Assembly: GCA_043228905.1 (NCBI GenBank)
Contig: JBHGNT010000008.1
Span: 17,174,001 to 17,238,000, forward strand
DNA: 64,000 nucleotides
Origin: Azolla caroliniana
Taxonomy: Eukaryota > Plantae > Polypodiophyta
Direction: 5' to 3'
In this document: piece after piece, positions 1-13,321 of the stretch
Layout of the letters: the number at the start of each line of letters is the position of its first letter
How positions within the stretch are numbered: the stretch's first letter is position 1
The notes under the pieces: model-generated
Database searches by the model: none
What the model saw: only the letters and a program-made list of their open reading frames with translations
Told to the model about the DNA's origin: nothing
Position numbers and translations under genes: made by a program

Positions 1-188
1 GATTTGTCGAGTTTCTCGATGGGCAGAGCGCTTCCCATCTGAGTGTTCATTTTTCTCCTCTTTCATTTAGTCGGTTGTGTTTGATCGTCGGCGAGCAATA
101 CAACACAGTTGAATGAATCAAACTACCACACACTCTGATATCATGTGAAGAAATGGAGGGTCTAGGTGATCTTATGTAGTGGAAGGAA

Positions 189-190
<2 letters not shown>

Positions 191-232
<42 letters not shown>

Positions 233-242
233 AGAGAGAGAG
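191..242. repeat. Compound microsatellite (GT)20(GA)n
   Basis: Read directly in the sequence. Confidence 0.95.
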
Positions 243-560
243 AACGAGAAGTTGTATTAGACAAACAATGAAATACATCCAACAATAACTAAGTTACAAA
301 AGGTTGGTTTAAATACCAACTACCCTAGAGCAACTGCCCTTTCTACTATGTACAAAACTAGCCTAGTGTGTCCACTGCTAGTGTGAAAGCCATTTCATTG
401 GGGAAGTTGGGTTCGATTCTCAATAAATTTAGTTTATCTTGGATCGATATCACATCCGAAGGAATAGCGAATATAAACATTAATTGCTCACAAAGTGTGG
501 GGGACATCGATATGGGAAAAATTGATCTAATAAAGAATAATGTGAATGTAAAATATAATC

Positions 561-1230
561 GTGAAGGCAATACATATAGATGAGGTTGACAAGGATCATC
601 GTAGTTGGGATAATTTATGGGGGATTGCCAATACCTTGTTGTCTAATATTGTGGAAGAAAATGAAAATGTAGCAAAAGAATGCACTAATGAGGATGTGCA
701 TGATGTGGAAGTTGATGCTAAGGAAGTGTCACAATCTTTTGATGTATTCTATGATGGCATACTTATATTATTTTTTACCGGGAAACTCCCATACATGAAT
801 TGGAACAATGATTGAACACAATTATGTTGACATCGAATTGTGTTGAGAATATATATGCAAGACCACGAGGGTTTTATGATGTAATATTTTCTTACCCCGA
901 ATATTGAAGTGCATTGTTGGATAAAGTTCTTGTGTTTTTTTATAAATAATTAGTGCATGTAATGCAATGGTCCCCTAAGTGGAGTACCATGCTTTGTTGG
1001 AGCAAGAATGCCCTGTTTGGGTAACAATGGATGGCAAGCATGTGTTTTTATGACCACTTTTACTAGAGTTTATGTGTCAAATGGGTAAAGTGTTGGTATC
1101 TCCACATGCAAATGCATCTAATAAATGGGTAAAGTGTGTTATGGGATACAAAGCATAAGAGGCCAGGATGAGCGCATATGAACACACCTGGTAAATTGAA
1201 ATGGGAGACATTTACAGGTCATTGTTCACC
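561..1230 (+). pseudogene. Decayed L1-type LINE ORF1 fragment (DUF4283-like)
   Basis: Interrupted translation around 860-1030 reads GFYDVIFSY...LLDKVLVF...LVHVMQWSP...ECPVWV, resembling the G-F-x-V-x-F...W-x-P...PVWV pattern of plant LINE ORF1. It contains stops and frameshifts; the boundaries are approximate. Confidence 0.45.
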
Positions 1231-1536
1231 TTGATTGTAATCTAGGTGAACACACGTATTTATACAAGTTCCAAGATTGAATATCTCTATAATATACTTA
1301 AGAAATATCTTTAGAATATACCCGTTTAAAATATATTGTTGAGAATCAAACTCAACTTCCCTAGTGTGCAAACACACCTTAGTATACTCAAGTGTGTGAA
1401 CACCACACCTCCTAATATAGTAACTAGTGTGTCTTAAGCACCTTTCTCCTCCTCTTTGTTATGGTTGGTTCATTCTTGTTATTGTTAATACAGTTTTTCT
1501 TGTTTTTTTGTATATCTTTGTTTCTCTCTCTCTTTG

Positions 1537-1538
<2 letters not shown>

Positions 1539-1572
<34 letters not shown>
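1539..1572. repeat. (CA)n microsatellite
   Basis: Read directly in the sequence. Confidence 0.95.
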
Positions 1573-1580
<8 letters not shown>

Positions 1581-1929
1581 TACCTTCTATTGCACATAAT
1601 CACTCTTGATTCTTTACATATACCATATAATATTTTTAGAATATACTAACGACTAGAATATCCTAGAATGGTCTTGGTAGAATGAGGGAAGGAGGGAGAT
1701 CTATTTTTTTGTTTAGAGTCATAGAAAGAAGAAAAGTTCTATGTAGTTGAGTTTTTAGTTGGAGTCTAAGAAGCTTCTATTGTCCCCTAATGCTATACTA
1801 TAACATTCCTTTCTCTTTCTTTTCTCCTCTTTATCTTTTCTCTATCTCTCTTCATCATCTGGCAACAACCACAAAATATTGCATTAATGCAAGGTCCTTT
1901 ACGTTTACAGACAAGAGAACAACCATGGA

Positions 1930-2400
1930 TTGATTGATGTTTACGGGGTCAGGAGTCGTTTTTACAAGTGTACATTTGCAAAGGTCTTCATTTGGAGAGT
2001 TTTGATTGGGGGATTAACTTTGGGATTAGGTCTAACGCATAGTGGACTAGCAATGAGCAATTGCTTCTTTTGCACTATCCAAATGGAAGATAGTACTCAA
2101 GATTTATATAATGTGTGATTTCTTGTCAGATTTGGAGTTACATTTCTCAAATTTGGCAAGTTTTATCATGGTGTTATTTGACGTCTAAATTGTGGGTGTT
2201 TGCACAATTTACACAAGTTGACCCAAATTAGAGATGGAGATTGTATGTTCGTAATGAAATCTCTATTTACATTGCAAAAGAAGTGTAATGTGGGCTCATA
2301 GAGCAAATGGTTATAGATCGGTTTGCAAGTTCCTTCACACAAAAACCACGGGGAGACCAGAAGGTCACATGTTCAACCATACATCTTGTATTGGCATCTA
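1930..2400 (+). pseudogene. Decayed L1-type LINE ORF2 C-terminal fragment (zf-RVT domain)
   Basis: AKVFIWRVLIGGLTLGLGLTHSGLAMSNCFFCTIQMEDSTQ matches the KxFxWR...LP...L..RG....CxxC....E zf-RVT pattern. No RT or endonuclease is visible; the 3' boundary is approximate. Confidence 0.6.
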
Positions 2401-3113
2401 GAAAAGCGGTGTATATTGTGAGGCTTGAAAGTGGGTATATGGACCAATTAAACTAACTAGGGTACAACCCCTAAAACATCAAGATGGAGAGTGATGAAGC
2501 TAACAAATTATGGTAGATTAAGAACCCTAAACCCATCTTAGACCAGGTGAAACATGAGTGCAAGAAGTACAATGATGGCATGAAACCAAAAGAAGTGAAG
2601 CGCGACGAACGACACAACAATACACCACATAAGAGGTTCAAAGGAAAATGAATGGCGACAATGTAAATTTTACACCGGGATGGCACTGATGGAGACAGGC
2701 GAAGCGAGGGTGCTATGGAGGCCTTATAGAGTGATTTGCGAGGAGGATGCTTACAAAGTTACAAGGCCACAAGACCATGTGGTACATATATATCTAAAAC
2801 TATATAGATAGATAGATAGATATGTAGGGTATACCTGAGCCAGTTGCCAGAGGCAAATCCACTGTCAGTGCCTATGCCAGAGCTAGAGCTAGAGCTAGAG
2901 CCAGAACCAACGCCAACACTGGCGGCAACGGAGTGCCGAGGCCCAGTGTGAACATGGACAGAACATGGACAAAACATGGACTCATCCTCCCAACTCTCAG
3001 AAAGAGAGACCATCTCTCTCTATCCATTTGCTTCTGCTTCTTTATCTATCTAATCTATCTATTCATCTATCTCTACAGGCTCTTGTGTCTCTCTGTGTTT
3101 AGATTCTGTGGCT

Positions 3114-3261
3114 ATGGCCCTAATAGCAATGGCTTCTCTGCCTTTCTCCCTCCTCTCCCTCAACTCTCCTTCTCCTCCTTCTTCTTCTTCTTCTTCTTCA
3201 TTTAAAAGCCTGAGTCTTGCTTCTTCCCGGAGCTTCTCCTCCAGCAGCCCCCTCTCTAGCG
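3114..3261 (+). CDS. PRPS20: Plastid 30S ribosomal protein S20 (bS20c), exon 1 (transit peptide)
   Basis: ATG at 3114 starts MALIAMASLPFSLLSLNSPSPPSSSSSSSFKSLSLASSRSFSSSSPLSS, a Ser-rich chloroplast transit peptide with no acidic residues. GT donor at 3262 (phase 1). ATG 3129 is an alternative start. Confidence 0.85.
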
Positions 3262-3371
3262 GTACCTCTTATTGTTCATTTTCCTCTCTTCTTTCTTTAT
3301 AAAATGCTCTATCTGTCTTGTTTATATTTTGGGTTTTTTATGTCTTTCTCTGTTTCTCCTTGTTTCTGCAG

Positions 3372-3562
3372 GCTCCATGGTAGCTTCGCGCAGGGGATTT
3401 TCGGTATCCGATGTGAGAGCTCGGCCTCTCGTTTGCTTTGCAGCTGCTGCTCCGGCAACGAAGAAGAAGGCCGATTCTGCAGACAAAAGAGCTCGCCAGT
3501 CAGTGAAGCGTCGCCTTTATAACAAATCTCGGAAGTCAGAGATCCGAACCCGCATGAAGAAG
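3372..3562 (+). CDS. PRPS20: Plastid 30S ribosomal protein S20, exon 2
   Basis: Acceptor TGCAG ends at 3371. Encodes KKKADSADKRARQSVKRRLYNKSRKSEIRTRMKK, the S20 signature. Donor AAG|GT at 3563. Confidence 0.95.
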
Positions 3563-4377
3563 GTGTTTTTATTCTGCTTTTTCTGGTTTCTTCCTTTTCA
3601 ATGAATGTACACGGATTACTTGAAGAATTATTGCACTATTTCGTTAGCAATGTAGTGACATTGACATGTCTTTGGGCATACATATAGACACTTGCATTAG
3701 AAAACTAAAACATAGAAAAAACCCAATTTAAGATGGCAGAACAATTGAACCATTGTGCTAGAAATGGAGATCCAAATTATGTAGGTATGCCCCTTGTACA
3801 TATAAATACTTGGCCTTGCAATTTATAGAAACTATATTTAAGAGGCAGAATGTATAGTTTATCGATATCTACTGGAATGTGGTATAGAATTTTCTTCTAG
3901 AGGAATTTCATAGTGTTGGAGAGTATGAAGCTTGCAGGGTATGTGCAATCCACAAAAAGATTAGCCATCTGCACGAAAAGACTGCTGAATAATATTCTGC
4001 TTATTATTTTGTGGCTCTACTTAACAAATCCAAGGAATATATGCCCTTAGCCAATGCCCTGTCTTATGACATTGAATTTGACAACGTCAGAAATTGGTCT
4101 GAAAAGAGTTTGCTGAAGATCAAAGATCAATGAATTCATCCCATTGCCAAAATCCATGTTTATAGACATGAATGTGGCAGTGTGAGAAGGCTGTCTAAGT
4201 TTGGACCTCCCCTCATAAAATCAATTAATGCCTCTCCCACAATGCCAAGATGTTGGTTCAAGCTTGAATATGAGGATTTTGTTTGTCACCATATTTATAC
4301 ACAAATCATGTGACATAAGACATAAGTTGAACAAATCATGTGTTCAAGTCTGCCTATATGTGGGAATATGAAGACTT

Positions 4378-4980
4378 GTTTGAGTTTGTATTATTCATAT
4401 GATCCTAACAAAAACATTGGATGATGCTGGAAAAAGGATGCTAGTAAAGTTCCGGAACGTTTTTATGTGTTAAATGCACAATATTTGATTCTATATTTTT
4501 AAACAGAAAGATCGTTGCATTCTCTCCAAGAATCCAAACCTGAGGCCTTTTTTCTTGGAACTTATCTATATATATTTATATATTTATATATAGATATAGA
4601 TATGTTTAAACCTCAATGTTTGAGTTTGTATTATTCATGCGATCCTATCAAAAATATTAGGAAACATTGGAAAAAAGAATACTGATGATGTTGCTTAACA
4701 TTTTTATTTCTTAACTGCAAAATTTTTGACTTTATATTTTAAAACAGAATTATTGGTGCATTCTCTCCAAGAGTACATATTGGAGACTTCTTTTCTCAGA
4801 ACTTGTTATACATAAATATAGGTTTTCGTTTCTAATGTTTAAATGTAGGAAATGAATTCTAAGAATGTCCCTGAACATTCTTATGTGTAATTGCAAGGTA
4901 TTTGGTTCAATATTTTAAAACTAAAAAATTGTTGCATTCTCTCCAAGAATATATATCTGAAACATTTTGTTTCTCTGAAC
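4378..4980. repeat. Diverged ~240-bp tandem repeat in PRPS20 intron 2 (2 copies plus a shortened third)
   Basis: TGAGTTTGTATTATTCAT at 4381 and 4621; TGCATTCTCTCCAAGA at ~4516, ~4757 and ~4933. Confidence 0.8.
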
Positions 4981-5000
4981 TTTATATATACATGTATTAG

Positions 5001-5234
5001 GTTTTTGTTGCATTGGAAGATTTGAAGAAGCAATCAACTCCATCACAAGACATGCTTCTACCTGTGGAAAGTTTGATCTCTGAAGCTTTTTCAAGGATCG
5101 ACAAGGCGGTGAAAGTTGGGAGTATTCACAAGAATACCGGTGCACGAAGGAAGTCTCGACTCTCAAGAGCAAAGAAAACTTTGGAAGCACAGTTAGGATG
5201 GTATGTTCCTGCAGAACCAAGCCCTGCAGCTTAG
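5001..5234 (+). CDS. PRPS20: Plastid 30S ribosomal protein S20, exon 3
   Basis: Acceptor TTAG ends at 5000. Encodes VFVALEDLKK...ISEAFSRIDKAVKVGSIHKNTGARRKSRL...LGWYVPA, stop TAG. Exons sum to 148+191+234=573 nt, i.e. 190 aa plus stop, in frame. Confidence 0.95.
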   Translation, partial: VFVALEDLKKQSTPSQDMLLPVESLISEAFSRIDKAVKVGSIHKNTGARRKSRLSRAKKTLEAQLGWYVPAEPSPAA

Positions 5235-5785
5235 GACATGATGTTTTTTGCTAACACTTTATTATCTTCTCCTTCACCTCCAATGATCGTGCCTACAAAA
5301 GAACTTAATGATGAAATTACAAAGTTCTGTAAATTTTTTTTTGAAAAGCGTGTCGAAGAGAAATTCCATCACAAGATCTGAAGTTTGGGTTGGAGTTCGT
5401 TATTTCCTAGTTGTGAAATTAGAGACTATTCTTACTTTGTTATCTCCATTATTTCAGTTGTATACATTAGATTATAAAACAACTATATTGCATTCATTTC
5501 CTTTTTTATTTCCCACCCATTGTTTTCTAAATGAATCCCCAGTCACTAGTGGATGAACTTGGAATGTGCAATCTGGAAAAAAACAGGACAGAGTGCAAAG
5601 TGAGCAAAATGCTCATGGATATTGTTAGTTTAGTAGTTCTAGAGGCGGCTTACCAAAAGGTTTGCTAAGATTGAAAAACTCAATATTTGTCAAAGAAGGG
5701 TTCATGATAGTGAAGAATTTTTTCACCAAACAAATGGTACATAGCCTAAACTCTGACACTCTTTCTTGGTTTTATATATTCTTGT

Positions 5786-5885
5786 TTATATATGCAGAAC
5801 AAGGCTATGGTATTTATATATATATATATACAGAACAAAGCTATGGTATTTATATATATACAGAATAAAGCTATGGTATATATGA
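5786..5885. repeat. ~32-36-bp minisatellite, 3 copies
   Basis: (TA)n-CAGAACAAAGCTATGGTATT repeated three times with variable TA number. Confidence 0.85.
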
Positions 5886-6619
5886 AGGTATGTGTGTTTG
5901 CTAGAGCAAGTTGTATTTATGAAGTATGACCTCCGAGGACTTCCCATCCAAATTACAAAATATGTGATCTTGTAAGACCTTAGAATGCTATTCTTCAGTG
6001 TAGAGTTCATGGTGATATACACATCTTCATTGTTTGTATCAACATGTTCTACCATCAAAATGTTCCTATTCTGGATGCCATAAATCTTTGTTCAATGAAA
6101 AACACATTGCTGACCTACATGTGCTGCAGAATTACAATTATATAAAAGGTTAAGATGTATATTTGAGATGCACAAGTTATTGGTATGTGTAATGTGATCA
6201 TGAGCCGTGGATAGGTCACAGAAATAATACATCCTACAAACACATAATTGGAATGAATGAGGTAAGTTTAGGAAAGGTTCACTTTGGTATTTAGCCTATT
6301 CTGCTAATAAACCTCATGGTTTGGGTATCATCCATTGACTTCAATATTTTAGGCAAACTGTTAAAGCTTTAGATTTGTTTCTAGTGAGAAAGTAAAGGTC
6401 ATTTTAAGCAAACAGAAAAGTACCTCTTCTCCTTATTTTGGTTCATCTATATGGTTTAAGCCTTAAGGCTAGCGTCAACCATTGTGTGCTATTTTGATGA
6501 CTTGACTTAAACAAAAACATACATAAGAATTAGCATCGGCTCACATTCTATATGATTAGCCACTTGAAATACAGTAGCAAATACACCCATAATACAAACA
6601 AGTTAAAAGGGGATGATTG

Positions 6620-8270
6620 GAAGAGAAACTCAAACACGAGACACAACTCCTCAGCGAAGGTTTGAAACACATCCTCCCATCTTCCCCACCTCCACCTCTT
6701 ATCCTACTCAAAGAATTTGATAGCCTTAGTAGGACCCTTCGACTTAAACACTTTTTTCAAAGATGAGGATAATCCCCCCCTAAATCCCTTTAAACTACCT
6801 ATTAACCCTAGTTGGCAATCCCTTACTAAATACACACTCCTAGAAAACATTATAGTTAAACACCAAACTCTCATTAGTAATACACTTCATACACTCAAAT
6901 TAAAACCCACTAGGATTCCACTCCACTTATTACAAGCCTTACGATCTCTTAAAAATAACAATGGAATCATAATTCTACCCGTAGATAAAAACGTTGGAGT
7001 TTGTGTTCTTAACAAAGACACATACTAGTAGAACACCTTTCTGATGCTAATACCTTTAGAGTAATTTCCCACTATCCACTTGAGGAGTTACCATATAGAC
7101 TTAAAAGCATTATTAATAATCATCTAGGTACCTTATCCACCATAGAAACGAACTACATACTATGTAAACCCTCAAAAGGGTACCAAGTATGTAATCTCTA
7201 CCTCCTCCCCAAACTCCATAAGAACCCAATACTTCAAAAACAATATTTGCAAGACTCACAATCCCTTTTCCAAACTTTAGAACATCTGAATCCACCCCCT
7301 AATAGCTTTATCTTTACCTTTGATGTTGAATCCTTATATCCTAGCATCCCCCCTAAGCTAGGACTTGAAGCCTTACGAAAAATCATTACCCCCCATTTTT
7401 TGGCTTCTAAAACTAACCTTATTTATACACTTAGCACACTCACATTAGCATATCACTTTCTCGCCTTTGACAATGTGATATATCAACAAGTAAAGGGTAC
7501 AACCATGGGTAGTAATTTTTCCGTAGTTTATGCCTGTCTATTCTTGGCTCACTTAGAGAACTCACAACCACCACATCCTAATCTTGTCTATTTCACTAGA
7601 TATAAGATGATGCATTTAGGATATGGACGGGTACTAAACTCAAGTTAGAAAATTACCTTCAATTCTATAATATCTCCACTAATAATTGTATCAAATTTAC
7701 CATCACTACTTCCCCCTCTAGATTACCGTTCTTAAACTTATGGATTAACCTAGAAAACTCACATTTCTCTTTTAATTGCTACCAAAAGTCCCAAAACGCC
7801 CACCAATATCTCTCTTTCTCATCATATCATCCCCTTTACTTAAAACAACATTTCATTATTAATGAACTAAAATTATACCTAAGTAGAGAGAGCACCCCTT
7901 TAGGTTTCCTTAGAATATAAGACTATTTTCTAGTAGATTAGTTAAGAGAGGATATCCCCCCTTCATTTATACTAGAGAATTATAAAAATGTCAAACTTAG
8001 CGCTAGGAGATCACTAATATATAATAGGAAACCCAAAAGTACTCTTCTATTCGTCATCTTTAAACTTAGGTATACACGAGATACCCCTATGATAGGAATT
8101 CACGACATGCTAAAAAACCTCCACGCAGACTTACTCATAGATCCCTAACTGTTTAAGATACTTAGACCTTTGGTATGTTGGACCAAGTCCAAGTCCATTC
8201 ACTCTTTTTTGGTCAAAACTAAATATAAAAGGTCACCCCAAATCCTCGTACTTAATACAATACACTTACT
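6620..8270 (+). mobile_element. Penelope-like element (PLE) reverse transcriptase, decayed, no GIY-YIG seen
   Basis: Ordered PLE motifs: LLSEGLKHI, ALRSLKNNNGIIILPVDKNVGVCVLNKDTY, YLLPKLHK, FTFDVESLYPSIP, FDNVIYQQVKGTTMGSNFSVVYA, YFTRY..DD (frameshifted), YQK..NAHQYL..SSYHP, RLVKRGYP, RPLVCW...FLV. Multiple stops and frameshifts. Confidence 0.85.
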
Positions 8271-8450
8271 TATAACCCCCCACTTTTCATAGCCCACCCC
8301 CCCTTATTGCTTATCTTGCTTATCATACTTATAATCCCCCTTTTAATCATAGCCCACCCCAACTTATTACTTAGCATACACATACTTATAACCTTCCACT
8401 CTTCTCACCCAACCCACACTTATTACTTAGCATACACATACTTATAACCA
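8262..8450. repeat. Diverged ~60-bp C/A/T-rich tandem repeat (3 copies) directly 3' of the PLE RT
   Basis: Recurring ACTTATAA(C/T)C...(A)GCCCACCCC...CTTATT(A/G)CTTAG units. Confidence 0.75.
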
Positions 8451-8455
8451 TAGAT

Positions 8456-9250
8456 TGACACATGCGTGATATTCTCCATGAGCAATATTCTCAATATTCG
8501 AGAATACGAAATGGCCCCAAGAATATTAAAAACCCATTTGTTTTGATGGGGGTCTTGGACTAGGGAGTAAGAGGAGGGAGAGAAGCTTGGGAGTTCAACC
8601 GAGAAGGAAGAGAAAGATTAAGATTTGAGATATTAAGATATTAAAATTCAAGAGAATAAGATCTAAACAAGACAAGATACATTATGGAAAGCACCACGCC
8701 AATTACAACCGTGGTCGTGTAGGCCGAATGTAAACCCTCTAGATGAAACCCTAACCGGATAGGGGAAAAGAAGAAGAAGAAGACGAAGACGAATGAAACC
8801 TCTAAAACGAGATCCTAAAACCCAAAATTCCGAAACCCTAATGGCAACCCAAAGAAACCCAAAAAGTGGAAGCCCCTCAACAATGACCCCTCACTCCCTT
8901 TTATAGTAATAAGGGGTGAGGCACATTACAAAAAGGAGTGGTCAAATCCCCTTTATTTCAAAGGAGAGTATTTGACCTCGATCTTAGGAGGTGAGATTGA
9001 TGGGTCTTAACTCCCTCTCCTCTCATCGACATACTCAATGCCCACTACTCCCTACACCCATACTTCATGTGCCTCCCTCTAGTCTACAAAGTGCACATCA
9101 CCTTTATACCTTTACATCTTACTTTTCCTCCTTACATTTGTCTTTTATTCCTATGTTACAATTTTCCTAAGTTCATGTGCAATGTCGCACATCTTGTTTT
9201 ATTCCTCTTGGTCGGGTTTTATCACCATTGCCGAAAAATTCTCACGGGTA
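8456..9250 (-). mobile_element. Degenerate LTR related to the F/L family
   Basis: Shares GGGGTCTTGGACTAG (8549), a GAA run plus AAACCCTAA tracts, CCTTTTATAG and a GCCGAAAAATTCTCACG end with the F LTRs. Termini and TSD are unresolved. Confidence 0.5.
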
Positions 9251-12200
9251 TGGTGGTACCACCGGAGAGGGTGTAGAGCAAGCCACCCTCTCGACTTGCG
9301 GAGAAGGACGACCCGAGGAAGGGTTGGGAAAGATTGAGGCCCGCGAAGGATCCTTCACACCAGGCTAGAGACTTCGGCAGTCAGCAGTGGAGCCGACGTA
9401 AGACCAAGAGATTGACGGTGGTGGCGAGGGGATGAGGGCAAAGGCAGTGATGGGGCGATCCTACGACTATCCTCACACCAGTTTGGAGACTCCAACGGTC
9501 GACTCGAGAGCCGGCGTAAGTCCTAGAGAGATGGACAATGGCGGCAGGTGAACGGGATCCCAAGATACGGCGTAGAAATGTGGATGGGCAATCCTACGCG
9601 ATCCTCACACCGATCCGGAGACTCCGGCGGTCGGCCTGAGAGCCGGCGTGAGACCTAGAGAGAAGGACGGTGACAACAAGTGAACGGGATCAAGTAGAAG
9701 GGCCAAAAAGGAGCAGAAGGAGGTATAAGGCCGGGGACGCAACCACGAACCAAAACCGGACCCGACCGGCAGGGTCAGCAAGACAAAGACCGGACACGCT
9801 TGGTGCATGAGTCGGTGGCCTAACAGATTGGAGGCCCAAGAAGGATCCTCCACACTGGATCTAGAGACTTCGGTGGTCGGTGCCGGGAGCTGACGTAAGA
9901 CCATGATACTTGTTGAGTGACAAGCTCAATGTTGGTGCGTAACCCAGTGCGTAGACTGGGTGCGTAAAACATTACGCATAACGTAAGCTGTAACGGTGCA
10001 AACACCGTGAGACTGTTACGAAGATATTCCTCGAAAGGAATAATTTTGGGAGTGAGTGTAGCAGCTCATTTATGAGCGTCAAGTACTATAAGTACTTGTG
10101 TCAGCCCGATTTGTCAGGGCTTGTATAAAAGGTGCTCACTGAGCACGGTGTATGTACATAGAGAGTCACTATTTTGAATTAGACTTTTCTGTTTTCTGCT
10201 CTCTCTCTCTCTTGGTCTCTCCTTCTCCATTTGCATCTTTGTGTTTTTTGTGTTTTACTGAACTGTCTTATTCCTCTGAACTGTGTATTCTGTGTTTTGC
10301 ATACGCTTCCACACATGCTATTCTTTTACATGGTACTAGAGCGCGAGGGTTGAAGTCCTCTGTAGCCAACAAGAAAAGCTTGCGACCAAACAGAGTTGAA
10401 GTTCTTCGTTTTTTTTGTTCGGAAAAGAAAAAGACAGCAATATGGATAGAGGTATGGGAAGCTCGCTACCGACTGAGAAGCTCGACAGGAGCAACTACGC
10501 GTCTTGGTCGTACAAGATGCACTAGTACCTGCTTGGCCATGGCTACTGGAGTTATGTCAAAGGAGCTAATGATGTAGCACCCGATTCGACACACAAAGAT
10601 TTTCCGGCTTGGGAAAAAGCGGCAAGCAGAGTGCTCTACTGCTTTGCATCCTGTGTGAGTGATCAACTATTGAGCTATATTCAGGATGCTAAGACACCAA
10701 AGGATGCGTGGGCGAATCTCAAAAGGATTTTCGCCGCAAGCACAACGGCCAGGAAGCTGCAGCTTAGGCAGGAGGTCAACAATGTCTGGCAGAAAGATCT
10801 GTCTGTGGCTGATTACACGTCCCGAATCAAGGAAATCTGCGATTCTCTCACTTCCGTGAACGTGAATGTTGAGGAAGATGAAATGGTGTAGGGTTTGCCT
10901 TGGTGGGCTAGCGTCCAGGTTCGGAGCCTTCTGAACGGCGGTCTGTACAAGGGAGAATACGCCTTTGTTCTTCAAGCTTCAGTCAATGTTGCTCGTGGAG
11001 GAAAATCACATGGGTGCTTCGATGAGTATGCATGCCGACGGCAAGATGTTGTACACGGAGGAAGATAGGCCCCGTGGTCGTGGTGGACAAGGCGGATTGG
11101 TGCGCAATGGAGGCGGCCGACAAGAGCAGAACAAGTGGCATAATCGATGTGTCAATAGCAATTCCGGACCCTCCACAAGCAGGGGGGTCTTGGCGGCGCC
11201 GGAAGCCGGCAAGAGAAGGCCGCGTCGGAATGCTGGTACTGTGGAAAAAAAGGCCACAAGGAGAGTGAGTGTTGGAAAAAGAGAGCCGATTCGGACAAAT
11301 CCGGATCAAACCGAAGAGACGCAGAGAGGCGTCAGAGATCGCACTACGCAGAAAGCTCTGAACGAGCCGAAAACAAATCGGGCCCAACCTTCACAATGAA
11401 GCATAAGGCCAATTCTATGGATGTGAACACCTCGAAATCGAGCGAGGTGTGGTATGTTGATTCTGGAGCGTCAAATCATATGACGAATCACGAGGAATGG
11501 TTCTCATACTTGGAGAAACCGGAATCGCAAGGAGTGGTCGAAATGGGAGACGACACTCCGCATACCATCGAACATGTCGAAGAAGTTCCCCTTAGCCACG
11601 TCGGGCAGAAAGGGAAACTCATGAACGTATTGCATGTCTCGAAAATAACCAAGAACCTTGTGTCGGTCGGACAGATCGTCGACCAAGGTATGCAAGTTCG
11701 ATTCACGCATCTTGGCTGCTTCATAGAAGAGGAAGGCAAAGTGATCGCACAAGGGTGCCATGAAGGGAAGATGTTTATCCTCGACACTAATCAAGCCGGC
11801 ACTGCGTTGTACGTGAAAGGACGAAAGGTCGAATCAGATATCGACCTGTGGCACAAGAGGTTTGGCCATGTAAATTTTCCACAGCTTCATGACATGCAGA
11901 CGACGAACATTGTTTTCAGCTTGCCGAAATTTTGGGGCCGTAATGACGCGAAATATGCGGAATATTACTCGGCCACAACCGAGTCTCAGATCATGTCGTT
12001 TCAAATCGTACACCGAGAATGGTAATGGAGGTGAAAACACGTACACACAGACAATATGAGAGAGGGTACACATTATGTTAACGTGGAAAACCCTGAGAGG
12101 GAAAAACCACGGGAGCCCACAGACTCCAAACTATCACTATGTCAAGGAATACAATAGGGAGCACAGAGGCAACGACCTCTTGCTCTCAACCTTCGCCTGG

Positions 12201-13321
12201 CGGCAGTTACAGCAGAGACACACTCTCTGTATCGCTCTTTATCTCTCTCTCTCTATTACACTTTGTACAGTAGTTACACCAATAACTCTATACATTATCA
12301 TCTACTTAAGTGTTTTCCCTAGGTCATATTTATGCTAATATGACATTAGGACTATTTACAAATATAGCCACAATGGGCTAACAGAAACATATTTACATAT
12401 ATGTCCCTTCATCCGGTGAGAGGTTCTCACCGGGCCTTCATCATCCCATCTGAAGGAACCGAAATCCTAACAAACTCCCCCTTCACTCCGACATGGGATG
12501 TCTGGTTAGTCCAATTCGCTTTCGGCATGCATCCAACGTGTCGGATGTCAGCACCTTGGTCAGCATATCTGACCCATTCTCCTCCGTGTGAATTTTCGTC
12601 AGCACGAACTCTCAATCTTCCACTTGCTCCCGGATCCAGTGGTACCTTCGCTGGATGTGTTGCATCCTGGAATGCAACGTTCTTGGCAAGGTGGATGGCA
12701 CTCTGACTGTTGCAGTAGAGCCGGTATTCCTCTTGCCGGATCCCTAGCTCTCTGATGAAGTCCTTCATCCAGAGTATTTCCTTGCCGACTTCCACAGCTG
12801 CCATGTACTCCGCTTTCGTGTTTGACAACGCAACCATGTTCTGCGGCCTCGACTGCCACGAAATAGCTCCCCCTGAATATGTCATAACATATCCCGATGT
12901 CGACCGGTTGGTATCCGCATCAGCCGACATATTCGAATCGATGAAACCGTCAAGTTGGGGCTTACCAGAGCCGAATTGGAGACACATACTTGAGGTGCCT
13001 TTCAAGTATTAGAGTATCCATTTTAACGCATTCCAGTGCTCCTTGCCAGGATTTCTCATAAACCGGCTCACCACTCCCACTGTGTATCCGATATCCGGTC
13101 GGGTGCACACCATTGCATACATTAAGCTCCTGACGGTAGAGGTATATGGTATCTTCATCATATCCGCCCTCTCTACCTTCGTCTTCGGGCTTTGCTTACT
13201 GGATAGCTTGTAGTTTGCCGGAAGTGTCGATACGACCGGTTTCGCATCTGACATGTTGAACCGTTGAAGCACCTTTGTCACATACTTCTCCTGTGACAAC
13301 CACAATTGCTTCTTTGACCGG

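Noticed and set aside
1236-1870. Possible solo LTR between the LINE fragments
   Set aside because: The composition is LTR-like, but no confident TG..CA ends with a TSD and no second copy were found.
2460-2950. Telo-box and site II motifs as the PRPS20 promoter (AACCCTAA ~2523, GGCCCA 2940)
   Set aside because: The matches are single, short, imperfect and widely spaced; not distinguishable from chance without TSS data.
6400-8460. Hammerhead ribozyme or pseudo-LTR associated with the PLE
   Set aside because: No CTGANGA...GAAA core with pairing arms, and no terminal repeat, was found by eye.
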